Shown: piece after piece, positions 7,839-16,395 of the stretch
Position numbering within the stretch: the first letter of the stretch is position 1
Layout of the letters: the number at the start of each line of letters is the position of its first letter
IMG/VR virus record: IMGVR_UViG_3300003323_000115
Coordinates: 2,270-66,269 of that record
Source: a virus
DNA: 64,000 nucleotides
Reading direction: 5' to 3' (one strand)
Notes under the pieces: generated by a model
Databases searched by the model: none
The model's input: only the letters and a program-made list of their open reading frames with translations
Told to the model about the DNA's origin: nothing
Program-made: the position numbers and the translations under genes

Positions 7839-8600
7839 ATGCAATACAAAGTCGCCCTGAACAATTCCAACCCGCTGGCACCTCTGGTGCAGGTGTTGGC
7901 CTCTGGTGCCTCCATCCCTGGTGACTACACGAACATCGGTACCTTCGAACACCCTGGTCTCGATACCATGGGTCCCGAGGTCAGCCACGTGATCTTCCAG
8001 CACGTCCAGGAACTGATGTACAAGGTCAGCCCTCACAACATCGCCCTGGAGAACCTCCAGAACACACACATCACGTGGCCCGGCAAGGTGGTTGCAACGG
8101 CTGTGGCTGTGGCCGACCAGTTCGTCGATGCCGGTAGCGAGAAGCAACTGACGCCGACGTTCACGCCCACGGACATCAGCCGCAAGCGTGTTCGCTGGTC
8201 CACCCGTGACGACAAGATCGCCTACATCGATCCCCGTGGCAAGCTCATCGCCCGTGCTCCAGGCAAGACCATTGGTCAAGCCCAAGTCGTGGACGGTGGC
8301 GTCTACAAGGAGTTCGACATCACGGTCTATGCAGACTACGTGGCACCCACTGGTGTGACCATCACGCCTGCTGGTGCCGTGACGCTGACGGTGGCTGCAC
8401 CCACGGCTCAACTGACGGCTACGGTGGCTCCTGCGAATGCCTCCAACAAGACTCTCGTGTGGGCTTCCAGCGCACCGGCCATCGCCACTGTGTCCCAGAC
8501 TGGTCTGGTCACCCGTGTGTCGAACGGCTCGGCCAACATCACGGCAACCACCGTCGATGGCGCTATCGTTGGAACCAAGGCAATCACGACGACCGCTTGA
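7839..8600 (+). CDS. Ig-like (Big_2) domain capsid decoration protein, N4 gp17-like
   Basis: Two Big_2 repeats (e.g. LTATVAPANASNKTLVWASSAPAIATVSQTGLVT); directly after RNAP2 as in N4. Confidence 0.8.
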   Translation: MQYKVALNNSNPLAPLVQVLASGASIPGDYTNIGTFEHPGLDTMGPEVSHVIFQHVQELMYKVSPHNIALENLQNTHITWPGKVVATAVAVADQFVDAGSEKQLTPTFTPTDISRKRVRWSTRDDKIAYIDPRGKLIARAPGKTIGQAQVVDGGVYKEFDITVYADYVAPTGVTITPAGAVTLTVAAPTAQLTATVAPANASNKTLVWASSAPAIATVSQTGLVTRVSNGSANITATTVDGAIVGTKAITTTA

Positions 8601-8628
8601 TCGTTTGGTTTTTTGGTTCCCTTCCACA

Positions 8629-8652
8629 AGAGGCCACTTCGGTGGCCTTTTT
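8629..8652 (+). terminator. Rho-independent terminator with UUCG loop
   Basis: AGGCCAC-TTCG-GTGGCCT followed by TTTT. Confidence 0.9.
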
Positions 8653-8674
8653 CATTTCTTTTTGGAGAGTCTCC

Positions 8675-8935
8675 ATGTCCCAAATCAAACCTGAACCCAA
8701 GAGTTACGATCCGACAAGCGCAGCTGATCTGCTTACCGTAACCACCCAGGTGGATCGCAGCACCATCTATGCCCTCAATGAGAAGGGCGAGAACATCTAC
8801 TCGATGCAGGTACAGCCCGGCTTCTTGATCATCGATGGTCAACGAGTCCGTATCTCGGACAAAGCATGCGAAGACCTCGCTGCATGCTTTCAGCACGCCA
8901 TCATCCATTGCTACGGCCTTCTTCAGAAGGATTGA
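8675..8935 (+). CDS. Hypothetical protein (MSQIKPEP...)
   Basis: GGAG SD after the terminator; ORF-track start at 8459 overlaps the upstream gene and terminator. Confidence 0.7.
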   Translation: MSQIKPEPKSYDPTSAADLLTVTTQVDRSTIYALNEKGENIYSMQVQPGFLIIDGQRVRISDKACEDLAACFQHAIIHCYGLLQKD

Positions 8936-8937
8936 GC

Positions 8938-9096
8938 ATGGACTACATCCTCATGATCGTCATCATGTTCTGGGTTGGCTGGTACTCTGGCCAAACAACC
9001 CGTGATGACGAAATCAAAACCAAGTGCTTGACCGAACAGAGCATCAAGCTCGGTGATGCTCGCTTCAAGTGCGAGTACATCGGCAAGCAACTATGA
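8938..9096 (+). CDS. Small membrane-anchored protein (52 aa)
   Basis: N-terminal hydrophobic stretch; ATGA coupling to HNH. Confidence 0.6.
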   Translation: MDYILMIVIMFWVGWYSGQTTRDDEIKTKCLTEQSIKLGDARFKCEYIGKQL

Positions 9097-9443
9097 CAAC
9101 TGAACAGGATCGACGAAGTGAAATCATCATTCGAATCCATTCTCGCTGTGACATCGTTCACATGGGGTTTGAGATCGACGGAATACCAAGCCCCTGCCAC
9201 CTTTGGAAAGGACCAACCTCCGGTGAAGGACGAGGCGGCGGCTATGGACGAATGTCCCTCAACGGACAGACAGTTGCAGTCCACCTTGTGACGTATACGC
9301 ACTTCTTCGGATACATCCCCAAGAAGAAGCAGATAGACCACAAGTGCAACAACCGACTGTGCTGCAACCCGGCACACCTGGAGATGGTTTCACACCTCAT
9401 CAATCAACGGCGGCGAGCCGCCAGAGCCAAGGAAGCAACATGA
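9093..9443 (+). CDS. HNH endonuclease-like protein (N4 gp22-like)
   Basis: CHLWKG...GYGRM...IDHKCNNRLCCNPAHL. Confidence 0.85.
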   Translation: MTTEQDRRSEIIIRIHSRCDIVHMGFEIDGIPSPCHLWKGPTSGEGRGGGYGRMSLNGQTVAVHLVTYTHFFGYIPKKKQIDHKCNNRLCCNPAHLEMVSHLINQRRRAARAKEAT

Positions 9444-9754
9444 GCATCGTGAATCCCAAGCAGTATCAACGACGTGTCGTGTGTGCTGCTGCACGCCTGA
9501 ACAACCCGAATGGTGGTGAAGGCATCATCGTGATCGGTGCACGTCCCTGGGACAAGTGGATGCGCATGCAAGCGTTCACCTTGTACCGCTCCCATATCAT
9601 CAGCGAGCCCTCGGCTCTGACGTGGGAACCCGGCTTCATCGATCAGGACGAGAAGTTCATGAACGTCACCGAAGCCACCCATGTTGCCATTGCAGCAGGT
9701 CAGGTGGATCCCAATGACGTGAAGGAAGGCTTGTCCTCCCATCATCTCTACTGA
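9440..9754 (+). CDS. Conserved phage hypothetical protein
   Basis: VVCAA...GAR...GFIDQ...EA pattern; AAGGA SD; ATGA overlap. Confidence 0.7.
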   Translation: MSIVNPKQYQRRVVCAAARLNNPNGGEGIIVIGARPWDKWMRMQAFTLYRSHIISEPSALTWEPGFIDQDEKFMNVTEATHVAIAAGQVDPNDVKEGLSSHHLY

Positions 9755-9759
9755 TCACC

Positions 9760-9996
9760 ATGGAAGCACAAAGACATACCGGGGTAACAACTCGGTTGGC
9801 TCTTGAGCTTGCTTTGCATGCTCTGAACAGTGCAGGTACCTGGGTCTACGCTGTAGATCACTATGCAGATGTGAACTCAGATTGCATGCTATGCGATCTG
9901 GTGTCAGACATCTTTCACAGGTTAGGGGTTGATCATGAAACCCGTAACTACTCTATCCGAGTCATCCCCATCCAACACAAGGAGTATCCCAAGTGA
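9760..9996 (+). CDS. Hypothetical protein
   Basis: Fills the gap; GTGA coupling to the ATPase. Confidence 0.6.
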   Translation: MEAQRHTGVTTRLALELALHALNSAGTWVYAVDHYADVNSDCMLCDLVSDIFHRLGVDHETRNYSIRVIPIQHKEYPK

Positions 9997-11033
9997 GCAT
10001 CGAAAACACCATCCGTGCTGTTACCCCCAAGCAAGCCAAGAAGCATATCGCACGCATCATGCGTGCAGGCTTGGTGGCCTTCATGAAAGGCTCACCCGGC
10101 ATTGGCAAGTCTGCCATCGTTCGTGAACTGGCTGAAGAGTTCAACCTCAAGATGATCGACCATCGTCTGAGCACCAGTGCTCCGGAAGACCTCTCGGGCT
10201 TGCCTCACTTCAACAGCAAGGGTGAAGCTGTCTTTGCTCCCTTCTCGGATCTCTTTCCGTTGAAGGACACGCCCCTACCTGAAGGCAAGGACGGCTGGCT
10301 GCTCTTCCTGGACGAGTTCACCTCGGCACACAAGGATGTGCAAGCAGCAGCCTATAAGCTGGTGCTCGACAAGATGGTCGGTCAGCATCCGCTGAACGAA
10401 CGTGTTGTCATCGTCTGTGCTGGCAACAAGGAAACGGATCGGGCCATCGTGAACAAGATCGGTACTGCCATGCAGTCCCGCATCATCACGCTGGAACTCC
10501 AGATCTCGTTCGATGACTGGCTGACGAAGGTGGCCCTGCCCCAGCACTACGACAACCGCATCATCGCCTTCCTGTCGATGTACAACGACAAGCTGTTCGA
10601 CTTCAACCCGGAACACGAGGGCAACACATTCTGCTGCCCGCGTACCTGGGAGTTCATGAACAAGCTGGTCGATGGCGAGGACGTGAACGAAGACGATGCA
10701 CCCCTGTTCGGTGGCACGATCACCAACGCAGTTGGCGTGGAGTTCATCGCATTCTCCAAGCTGTACAAGGAACTGGTGACGATCAACGAGATCCTCAAGG
10801 ATCCCGAGCACGCCAAGATTCCAACGGACAATGCCCTCAAGTGGGCGACGATCACCCATCTCTTCGAGAAGACCACTAAGGACAACTTCGACGATGTAGT
10901 GACGTACATCCTCCGCTACAGCAGCACCTTCCAAGTGCTGTTCTTCCGTGGTCTGTTGGTTCGCAAGCCCGAACTGAAGAGCGAGAAGCCCTTCGTACGT
11001 GGTGCTGCGGCCATCGGCAAGTACCTTTTCTGA
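9993..11033 (+). CDS. MoxR-type AAA+ ATPase (N4 gp24-like)
   Basis: Walker A GSPGIGKS, Walker B LFLDE, CAGN sensor, CPRTWE. Confidence 0.9.
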   Translation: MSIENTIRAVTPKQAKKHIARIMRAGLVAFMKGSPGIGKSAIVRELAEEFNLKMIDHRLSTSAPEDLSGLPHFNSKGEAVFAPFSDLFPLKDTPLPEGKDGWLLFLDEFTSAHKDVQAAAYKLVLDKMVGQHPLNERVVIVCAGNKETDRAIVNKIGTAMQSRIITLELQISFDDWLTKVALPQHYDNRIIAFLSMYNDKLFDFNPEHEGNTFCCPRTWEFMNKLVDGEDVNEDDAPLFGGTITNAVGVEFIAFSKLYKELVTINEILKDPEHAKIPTDNALKWATITHLFEKTTKDNFDDVVTYILRYSSTFQVLFFRGLLVRKPELKSEKPFVRGAAAIGKYLF

Positions 11034-11045
11034 ACCAAGGAAATC

Positions 11046-11264
11046 ATGAGCACCATCACTCCCATCAACAAGCGTGGCCTGAAGGACGTGGCATACGTCG
11101 CAGGCTTCAACAACCAGAAGATCGGTCTGTGGGCACAAAGCGCGGCAGAAGCCAAGCAACGTGCCACCGAGCACTTCAAGCCGAAGAAGTCGGCAAAACA
11201 CCTGGTCTGGGTCGAACGCGCTGTCGAAGAAGATGCTGACAACGTGGCAACCGAACAAGGGTGA
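11046..11264 (+). CDS. Hypothetical protein
   Basis: AAGGA SD inside the CTGAACCAAGGA motif. Confidence 0.7.
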   Translation: MSTITPINKRGLKDVAYVAGFNNQKIGLWAQSAAEAKQRATEHFKPKKSAKHLVWVERAVEEDADNVATEQG

Positions 11265-11532
11265 ATCCGAGGCTGAGTACATGCAGCGCATGTTCCGTGA
11301 GCACCCTGACATGGGTATCCGGGACATCCTGCGTGTGCGTAATCAGCCTGTGATGAACCCTGTGCTGAAGGAAGCACCCAAGGCTACGGCTCCCAAGAGC
11401 AATGCTCGTGAACTGGAGCTTGAACGAGAGATCGCAGCCATGCGTCTCGAAAACAACCGGCTTCAGCAACGCCTGAAGATGTTCCAACGCATGATCAAGG
11501 ATCTTCAAGATGAGCGCCTTCGGATGGCCTGA
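11233..11532 (+). CDS. Hypothetical protein with C-terminal coiled coil (start uncertain, 11233 or 11281)
   Basis: Heptad-like C-terminus RELELEREIAAMRLENNRLQQRL. Confidence 0.55.
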   Translation: MLTTWQPNKGESEAEYMQRMFREHPDMGIRDILRVRNQPVMNPVLKEAPKATAPKSNARELELEREIAAMRLENNRLQQRLKMFQRMIKDLQDERLRMA

Positions 11533-11890
11533 AAAGGCAAGCATCAGTCCACCTGTCTATTACTACCGTTATGACGATGTACGGTACTCAAGTGGTGTGG
11601 ATGAATTCGACAATCCACTCCCCGGCTATCAGCTAAAAGTGGAACTCACCAAAGTACGTGTGCACCACTTCACACCTTCTGGTGTTCGCTTTGACAATGG
11701 CGTGTTCATGTTGAACAAGGCCACAAAGCGCTATGCGTGTGCAACAGAAGCAGAGGCCAAGGCCTCATTCATCGCACGCAAGAAGCGCCAAATCGAGATT
11801 CACAAAGGCCGTATCGAGCAAGCGCTCAAGGCAATGAAGCTCGTAGGTGCTCCCGTCCCTGCCCATCTTCACATGAACCTATTCACATGA
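11510..11890 (+). CDS. Hypothetical protein
   Basis: Native codon usage; ATGA coupling to the vWA gene. Confidence 0.65.
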   Translation: MSAFGWPEKASISPPVYYYRYDDVRYSSGVDEFDNPLPGYQLKVELTKVRVHHFTPSGVRFDNGVFMLNKATKRYACATEAEAKASFIARKKRQIEIHKGRIEQALKAMKLVGAPVPAHLHMNLFT

Positions 11891-13017
11891 CTTTCAAATC
11901 CATCCCCCAATCGGAGATCACCGAAGAACTGACCCGTGGTCTCGACCGCGTACAAGGACAGGTCTTCATCGGCAAGGCAGCTGCCTTCCTTGGTTCCCTC
12001 ATGGGGGGGACAGAGGTCATCTGGACTCGTGACATCCCCACTGCTTGTACCAACGGTATCAACATCTGGTGGAACCCGGACTTCTTCAAGCAAGGTTCTC
12101 TGAACCTGAATAAGGCCGTCATCGTTCACGAGCTCTGGCACATCGCTCGTCTACACGTGCTTCGTCGTGGTTCCCGTGATCCAGACATCTGGACCAGGGC
12201 CTGCGACTATGTGCAGAACGCAGACATGGTGGACGATGGTTTCGTCTTCGAAGGCTTTCCAGCTTTGCTAGATAAGCAATACAAGGGCATGGCCGAGGAA
12301 GCGGTCTATGACCTGCTTATGCAGATGAAGTTGCCACCTATGCCCGATGAACTCAAGGACATGGGTTTCGAACCAACGGACGAAGAACGCAACATCGTGC
12401 TGAACAAGGTCATCACCGCTGTACAAGCAGCGCACATGGCCAATGATGCAGGGAGCATTCCAGGCAACATCAGCGAGATGATCAACAAGTTCCTGACGCC
12501 AATCGTCCCTTGGCAGAAGCTCTTGCATGACTTCTTTCAGGATCTGCAAGACACCCGCTACTCGTGGGCTCGCCCCAATCGTCGGTACACAGACGTGTAT
12601 CTGCCTTCAAGGGTAGAAGACGAGGGACGCCTGCAACATCTCAGATACTACTGCGATGTGTCAGGTTCGATCAGCTCTGCTGATGCGCTTCGATTCAACT
12701 CGGAACTCAAGTTCGTGCATGACACCTTCCGCCCCAAGCGTCTTACTGCTGTGCAGTTCGATACGCACATCCAAAAAGAGGATGAATGGACTGATGAGGA
12801 TGGCTTCAACGAAGTCGAAATCATCGGTCGTGGCGGTACATCGCTGGATTGTGTCCAACAGGACATCATCAAGCACAGGCCTACAGCAGCGATCATCTTT
12901 AGTGATCTCTACTGTTCACCAATGGGTCCCATCCCCAAGGACATTCCTGTCATTTGGGTCGTTGTCAACAATGCCGGGGCTACCGTGCCTTACGGTAAGA
13001 AGATTCACATCACATGA
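11887..13017 (+). CDS. HExxH metallopeptidase plus vWA domain protein (DUF2201-like, N4 gp25-like)
   Basis: ACTNG, HELWH, MIDAS motif DVSGS, GRGGT. Confidence 0.88.
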   Translation: MTFKSIPQSEITEELTRGLDRVQGQVFIGKAAAFLGSLMGGTEVIWTRDIPTACTNGINIWWNPDFFKQGSLNLNKAVIVHELWHIARLHVLRRGSRDPDIWTRACDYVQNADMVDDGFVFEGFPALLDKQYKGMAEEAVYDLLMQMKLPPMPDELKDMGFEPTDEERNIVLNKVITAVQAAHMANDAGSIPGNISEMINKFLTPIVPWQKLLHDFFQDLQDTRYSWARPNRRYTDVYLPSRVEDEGRLQHLRYYCDVSGSISSADALRFNSELKFVHDTFRPKRLTAVQFDTHIQKEDEWTDEDGFNEVEIIGRGGTSLDCVQQDIIKHRPTAAIIFSDLYCSPMGPIPKDIPVIWVVVNNAGATVPYGKKIHIT

Positions 13018-13346
13018 AACATCCGACTCGTCCCAATCAGAAGTGTCGAGTGATCAAGACTTCCAGTCCCCGTGGCATTGCCGTGGGTCTGGAGGTGTTC
13101 ACTCGCTGGTCCCACAACGAAGAACTCCGCCTCGACAAAGTCGAAAACGGCAAGGTCGTTGGTGTGGAGAACTTGGGCATGGTTTGGCGTGTGCAAGGCC
13201 CTGGCCTTGTCAACGTACCCAAGCATCCCGGAATGCTGGGCAAGGTGCCCGCAGACCAAGCTGACTTCCCTGCTGTCTGGCTCGAAGTGATCGAAGAGCC
13301 CGGTCAGGTGAAGACGAACCAAGAACACAAGGAACTCTCGCAATGA
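13014..13346 (+). CDS. Hypothetical protein
   Basis: ATGA couplings at both ends. Confidence 0.7.
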   Translation: MKHPTRPNQKCRVIKTSSPRGIAVGLEVFTRWSHNEELRLDKVENGKVVGVENLGMVWRVQGPGLVNVPKHPGMLGKVPADQADFPAVWLEVIEEPGQVKTNQEHKELSQ

Positions 13347-13981
13347 TCTACAACGGTCACTCTCTCATCAACACCAAGGTGATCACTCCGATGTTCCTGG
13401 AGAAGCACCAGCACAAGGAGTCCGGCACGAGCTACGGTCTGGGTGAAGCGGGTTATGACATCCGCATCAAGCAAGGCGTTCACTTCGTGCCGCATCCTCT
13501 GGAGCGTTTCCAGTTTGCCAACGAGGTGCAAGATGGTCACAAAGTGACCACCCGTTTTGGACGCTTCGTATTGGCCTCTGCCATCGAGCACTTCCAGATG
13601 CCCGAGCATCTCGTGGCCATCGTCCACGACAAGTCCACCTGGGCACGTCGTGGCCTCTCTGTTTTCAACACCGTGATCGAGCCCGGCTGGCACGGTTTCC
13701 TTACCCTGGAGCTTGTCTACCATGGTTCCGAAGAGCTTTACATCCCCGCTGGAAGTGGCATTGCACAAGTCGTCTTCCACGGTACTTCACAGCCAGCTCG
13801 GTATGACGGCAAGTACCAGGGACAAGCGGACGAGCCTGTTTGTGCAAGACATGGTGGGCACAAAGATGCGATTGATGGTGACGCAAACGTTACTACTTCA
13901 AAATGCCCCGAGTGCTCGGAGATCCTCTCAACTTGCCCGAGTGGACTCGTTTGCAAGAACGGCCATGGCTTCGGTTACTGA
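13343..13981 (+). CDS. dcd: dCTP deaminase with C-terminal zinc-finger extension
   Basis: AGYDIR, DKSTWARRGL, IEPGWHGFLTLEL, IAQVVF, YDGKYQ. Confidence 0.88.
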   Translation: MIYNGHSLINTKVITPMFLEKHQHKESGTSYGLGEAGYDIRIKQGVHFVPHPLERFQFANEVQDGHKVTTRFGRFVLASAIEHFQMPEHLVAIVHDKSTWARRGLSVFNTVIEPGWHGFLTLELVYHGSEELYIPAGSGIAQVVFHGTSQPARYDGKYQGQADEPVCARHGGHKDAIDGDANVTTSKCPECSEILSTCPSGLVCKNGHGFGY

Positions 13982-14216
13982 CGAAGGCCTCTGCGAGCGG
14001 TGCAGAGAGCCCAATGGATGGCGTTTTATCGATCCTGAACACAAGTACCTATGTGGTCCTTGTTCGGAATCGAAAGACGCCTCTTACCTCGGCAATCACT
14101 ACCGCTACACAAAGAAATGTTCTGGTAGCAATTGCAGCACCCTTGGGGTGGTGAACTATCACTCCAAGGATGAAGACTTGTTCTACTGCGGCGCCTCACC
14201 TCGCTGCATTCCTTAG
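13965..14216 (+). CDS. Cys-rich zinc-binding hypothetical protein (83 aa)
   Basis: Eight Cys including CERC and CGPC; ORF-track start at 13713 lies within dcd. Confidence 0.6.
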   Translation: MASVTDEGLCERCREPNGWRFIDPEHKYLCGPCSESKDASYLGNHYRYTKKCSGSNCSTLGVVNYHSKDEDLFYCGASPRCIP

Positions 14217-14225
14217 GAGTTCACC

Positions 14226-14714
14226 ATGCATGCAAAAGACACCCTGATCCGTTTGAAAGAATGGATCCTCAATGGCACTTATAACGGTGTCGTCACACAG
14301 CCCACAGAGATGGTGGAGAAGATCGATGCAGTACTGGCCTTGCCAGCTGACATCAATGAGGCGGAGGTCCACAAGGCCATCAAGCCACATCTGTCACCAA
14401 CTCTCCAGGGCAAGGTCATGGGTGCTCTTCGTCAAGTGCTGGACATGTACCAGCCCGCTGCTACGAAGCATTCAATGCTGCATCGTGCCACTCAGGTGCA
14501 CAACGCAGTCATCACCCTCATGGAAGATGAGATCCTCGGTGCTGAAGGCTCAGTGCATGCGATCAGCATGCGAGTCGATCTCTGGGAAGAGGTCGTTCAA
14601 GCTGTGAAGCGTGATCGTGAAGCAGCACAGGCTCTTCGCTACGCTGGCCTGCACATGGTGCATACCGTGCATGGCTATGCGGTGAAGCCCCTGGAAAAAA
14701 TCACCACTCGTTGA
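14226..14714 (+). CDS. Hypothetical protein
   Basis: TAGGAG SD. Confidence 0.75.
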   Translation: MHAKDTLIRLKEWILNGTYNGVVTQPTEMVEKIDAVLALPADINEAEVHKAIKPHLSPTLQGKVMGALRQVLDMYQPAATKHSMLHRATQVHNAVITLMEDEILGAEGSVHAISMRVDLWEEVVQAVKRDREAAQALRYAGLHMVHTVHGYAVKPLEKITTR

Positions 14715-14715
14715 G

Positions 14716-14916
14716 ATGAAGTGCCCTACATGTGGGGGCAGCACTGAAGTGCGTGCCACCCGTGGAGAAGAGCGCCATCGTCAATGCAAAGCTGACTCCA
14801 CTCATCGTTTCGTAACGATTGAGATCATCCTATTCACTGGTGCTCGTCGTCCTGGACGACCTTCTAAACAGAAGAGCACGAAGGACCAGATGAAGCGTTG
14901 GTCAAACCTGTCTTAA
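14716..14916 (+). CDS. Zinc-ribbon protein (NrdR-N / Ogr-Delta-like)
   Basis: MKCPTCGGSTEV...RHRQC...HRFVTIE, with a basic tail. Confidence 0.65.
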   Translation: MKCPTCGGSTEVRATRGEERHRQCKADSTHRFVTIEIILFTGARRPGRPSKQKSTKDQMKRWSNLS

Positions 14917-14925
14917 GGAACCAAG

Positions 14926-15279
14926 ATGAAAGACACTGAAGATGTTTACATCGGGTGCGATCCGGGTACTTCCGCAACGGTACTTGTCAGAGCTTCTCTG
15001 ACTGGTAGAGCAGTGCAGGTGATCATCTTGGATGAAGTCACCCTGATGAGCGAAGAGTTCAAGGAAGCAGCAAAGCAATTGCTCGAAGAGGCAAAGCAAA
15101 GTCTCTTACAACAGGATCTTTCGGCCTTGGAAGAGCGCATCTTGGCTCACCAAGATCTGCCCTACATCAACGACATCAGTTGGCCTTGTAAGGCCGCTGT
15201 GGAAGTTAAGCCCAAACACAACCCACACCCCAAGGCGAAAGCCAAACTCCCCTACTACCACCAAAGAAGGCGTTTCTGA
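14926..15279 (+). CDS. Hypothetical protein
   Basis: TAAGGA SD; TGATG coupling to thyX. Confidence 0.65.
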   Translation: MKDTEDVYIGCDPGTSATVLVRASLTGRAVQVIILDEVTLMSEEFKEAAKQLLEEAKQSLLQQDLSALEERILAHQDLPYINDISWPCKAAVEVKPKHNPHPKAKAKLPYYHQRRRF

Positions 15280-16196
15280 TGACCATCACTGCCCGCATCA
15301 TTGCTGACTCGATCAGCAATCAAGACATCCGCATGACGACGCTCCTGCTTCGTTATCCGCGATTCATCCACGCCGAACTGCTGACGCACAAGGACTTGTC
15401 CCGTTCGTCCAGCAGCAGCCGTGCCATTCCCACTGCGAAGCTCATCGAGGACATGCGCCGTGATCCGGCCATGCCGAGCTACTGGGGCAGCAACAAGGCT
15501 GGCATGCAAGCTGGTGCCGAACTGGATCCCGATCTGATCGCCTACTCGAAAGAGACGTGGATTGAAGGCATGGAGAAGGCCATCAGCATTGCTGTGGCAC
15601 TCCAAGCTGTGGGCCTGCATAAGCAGATCGCCAACCGTGTGCTGGAGCCCTTCTCTCACATCAACGTGCTGGTGACAGCCACTCGCTGGAACAACACGTT
15701 CTCTCTTCGTCGTCACGAAGCAGCACAGCCGGAGATCCACGAACTCTTCGACCGGATCTACGAAGCCATGGAAGGCAGCGTCCCACGTTTCCTGTGTCCT
15801 GGTGAATGGCACATGCCGTTCGCTGATGACCAACAGTCGTGGGAGGATGCCAGAGCATTCCTGAAAGAAGGTCGCATCATCCGCAGCGAACCAACCATCG
15901 AGGAAATCCGTGGTGTTCTGCTGAAGGTCAGCACGGCCCGCTGTGCTCGCACCAGCTACATGACCTTCGAAGGCAAGCGTTCCACGGTTGCTGACGATGT
16001 GGCTCTGTACCGCAAGCTCATCGAGAGCAAACCGGTGCATGCAAGCCCCAGCGAGCATCAAGGTACGCCGGACACCCAGTACGAGACCGACGCCTTCCCT
16101 GGCGCACTCGAATGGGAGAACCCCGAGCGCCATGGCAACCTGCACGGATGGATCCAGCATCGCAAGCTGATCCATGGCGAATATGTTCGTAGTTGA
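15279..16196 (+). CDS. thyX: Flavin-dependent thymidylate synthase (ThyX-like)
   Basis: RYPRFIHAELLTHKDLSRSSSSSRAIP, RVLEPF, SLRRHEAAQPEI, ARCARTSY, HASPSEH. Confidence 0.85.
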   Translation: MTITARIIADSISNQDIRMTTLLLRYPRFIHAELLTHKDLSRSSSSSRAIPTAKLIEDMRRDPAMPSYWGSNKAGMQAGAELDPDLIAYSKETWIEGMEKAISIAVALQAVGLHKQIANRVLEPFSHINVLVTATRWNNTFSLRRHEAAQPEIHELFDRIYEAMEGSVPRFLCPGEWHMPFADDQQSWEDARAFLKEGRIIRSEPTIEEIRGVLLKVSTARCARTSYMTFEGKRSTVADDVALYRKLIESKPVHASPSEHQGTPDTQYETDAFPGALEWENPERHGNLHGWIQHRKLIHGEYVRS

Positions 16197-16344
16197 TCTT
16201 TGGATCGGCGATGAACTGATCGACTCTCACACTGTGAAGTATGAGAGTGAATGCATCAACATCGGAGAGCGTCACGTCATGAAGCACAGTGACGATGACT
16301 CCGATGAAGATTGCCAACCATCCTTCTCTTGGTACCCCCTGTAG
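16183..16344 (+). CDS. Small acidic hypothetical protein (53 aa, not in ORF track)
   Basis: MFVVDLWIGDEL...SWYPL fills the thyX-rIIA gap. Confidence 0.5.
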   Translation: MFVVDLWIGDELIDSHTVKYESECINIGERHVMKHSDDDSDEDCQPSFSWYPL

Positions 16345-16395
16345 AAGGTCTTTCCCCCTCTCACATCAACTTCATTTCTGAACCAAGGAATTCAA

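Noticed and set aside
9093-9443. HNH gene as a mobile homing element or intron marker
   Set aside because: Translationally coupled to both neighbours, interrupts no gene, and sits where N4-like phages normally have one; the polymerase and primase frames are uninterrupted.
14926-15279. IGCDPG (RuvC-like) and VIILDE (Walker B-like) fragments; also RHTGVTT in 9760-9996
   Set aside because: Isolated short matches without the rest of either fold.
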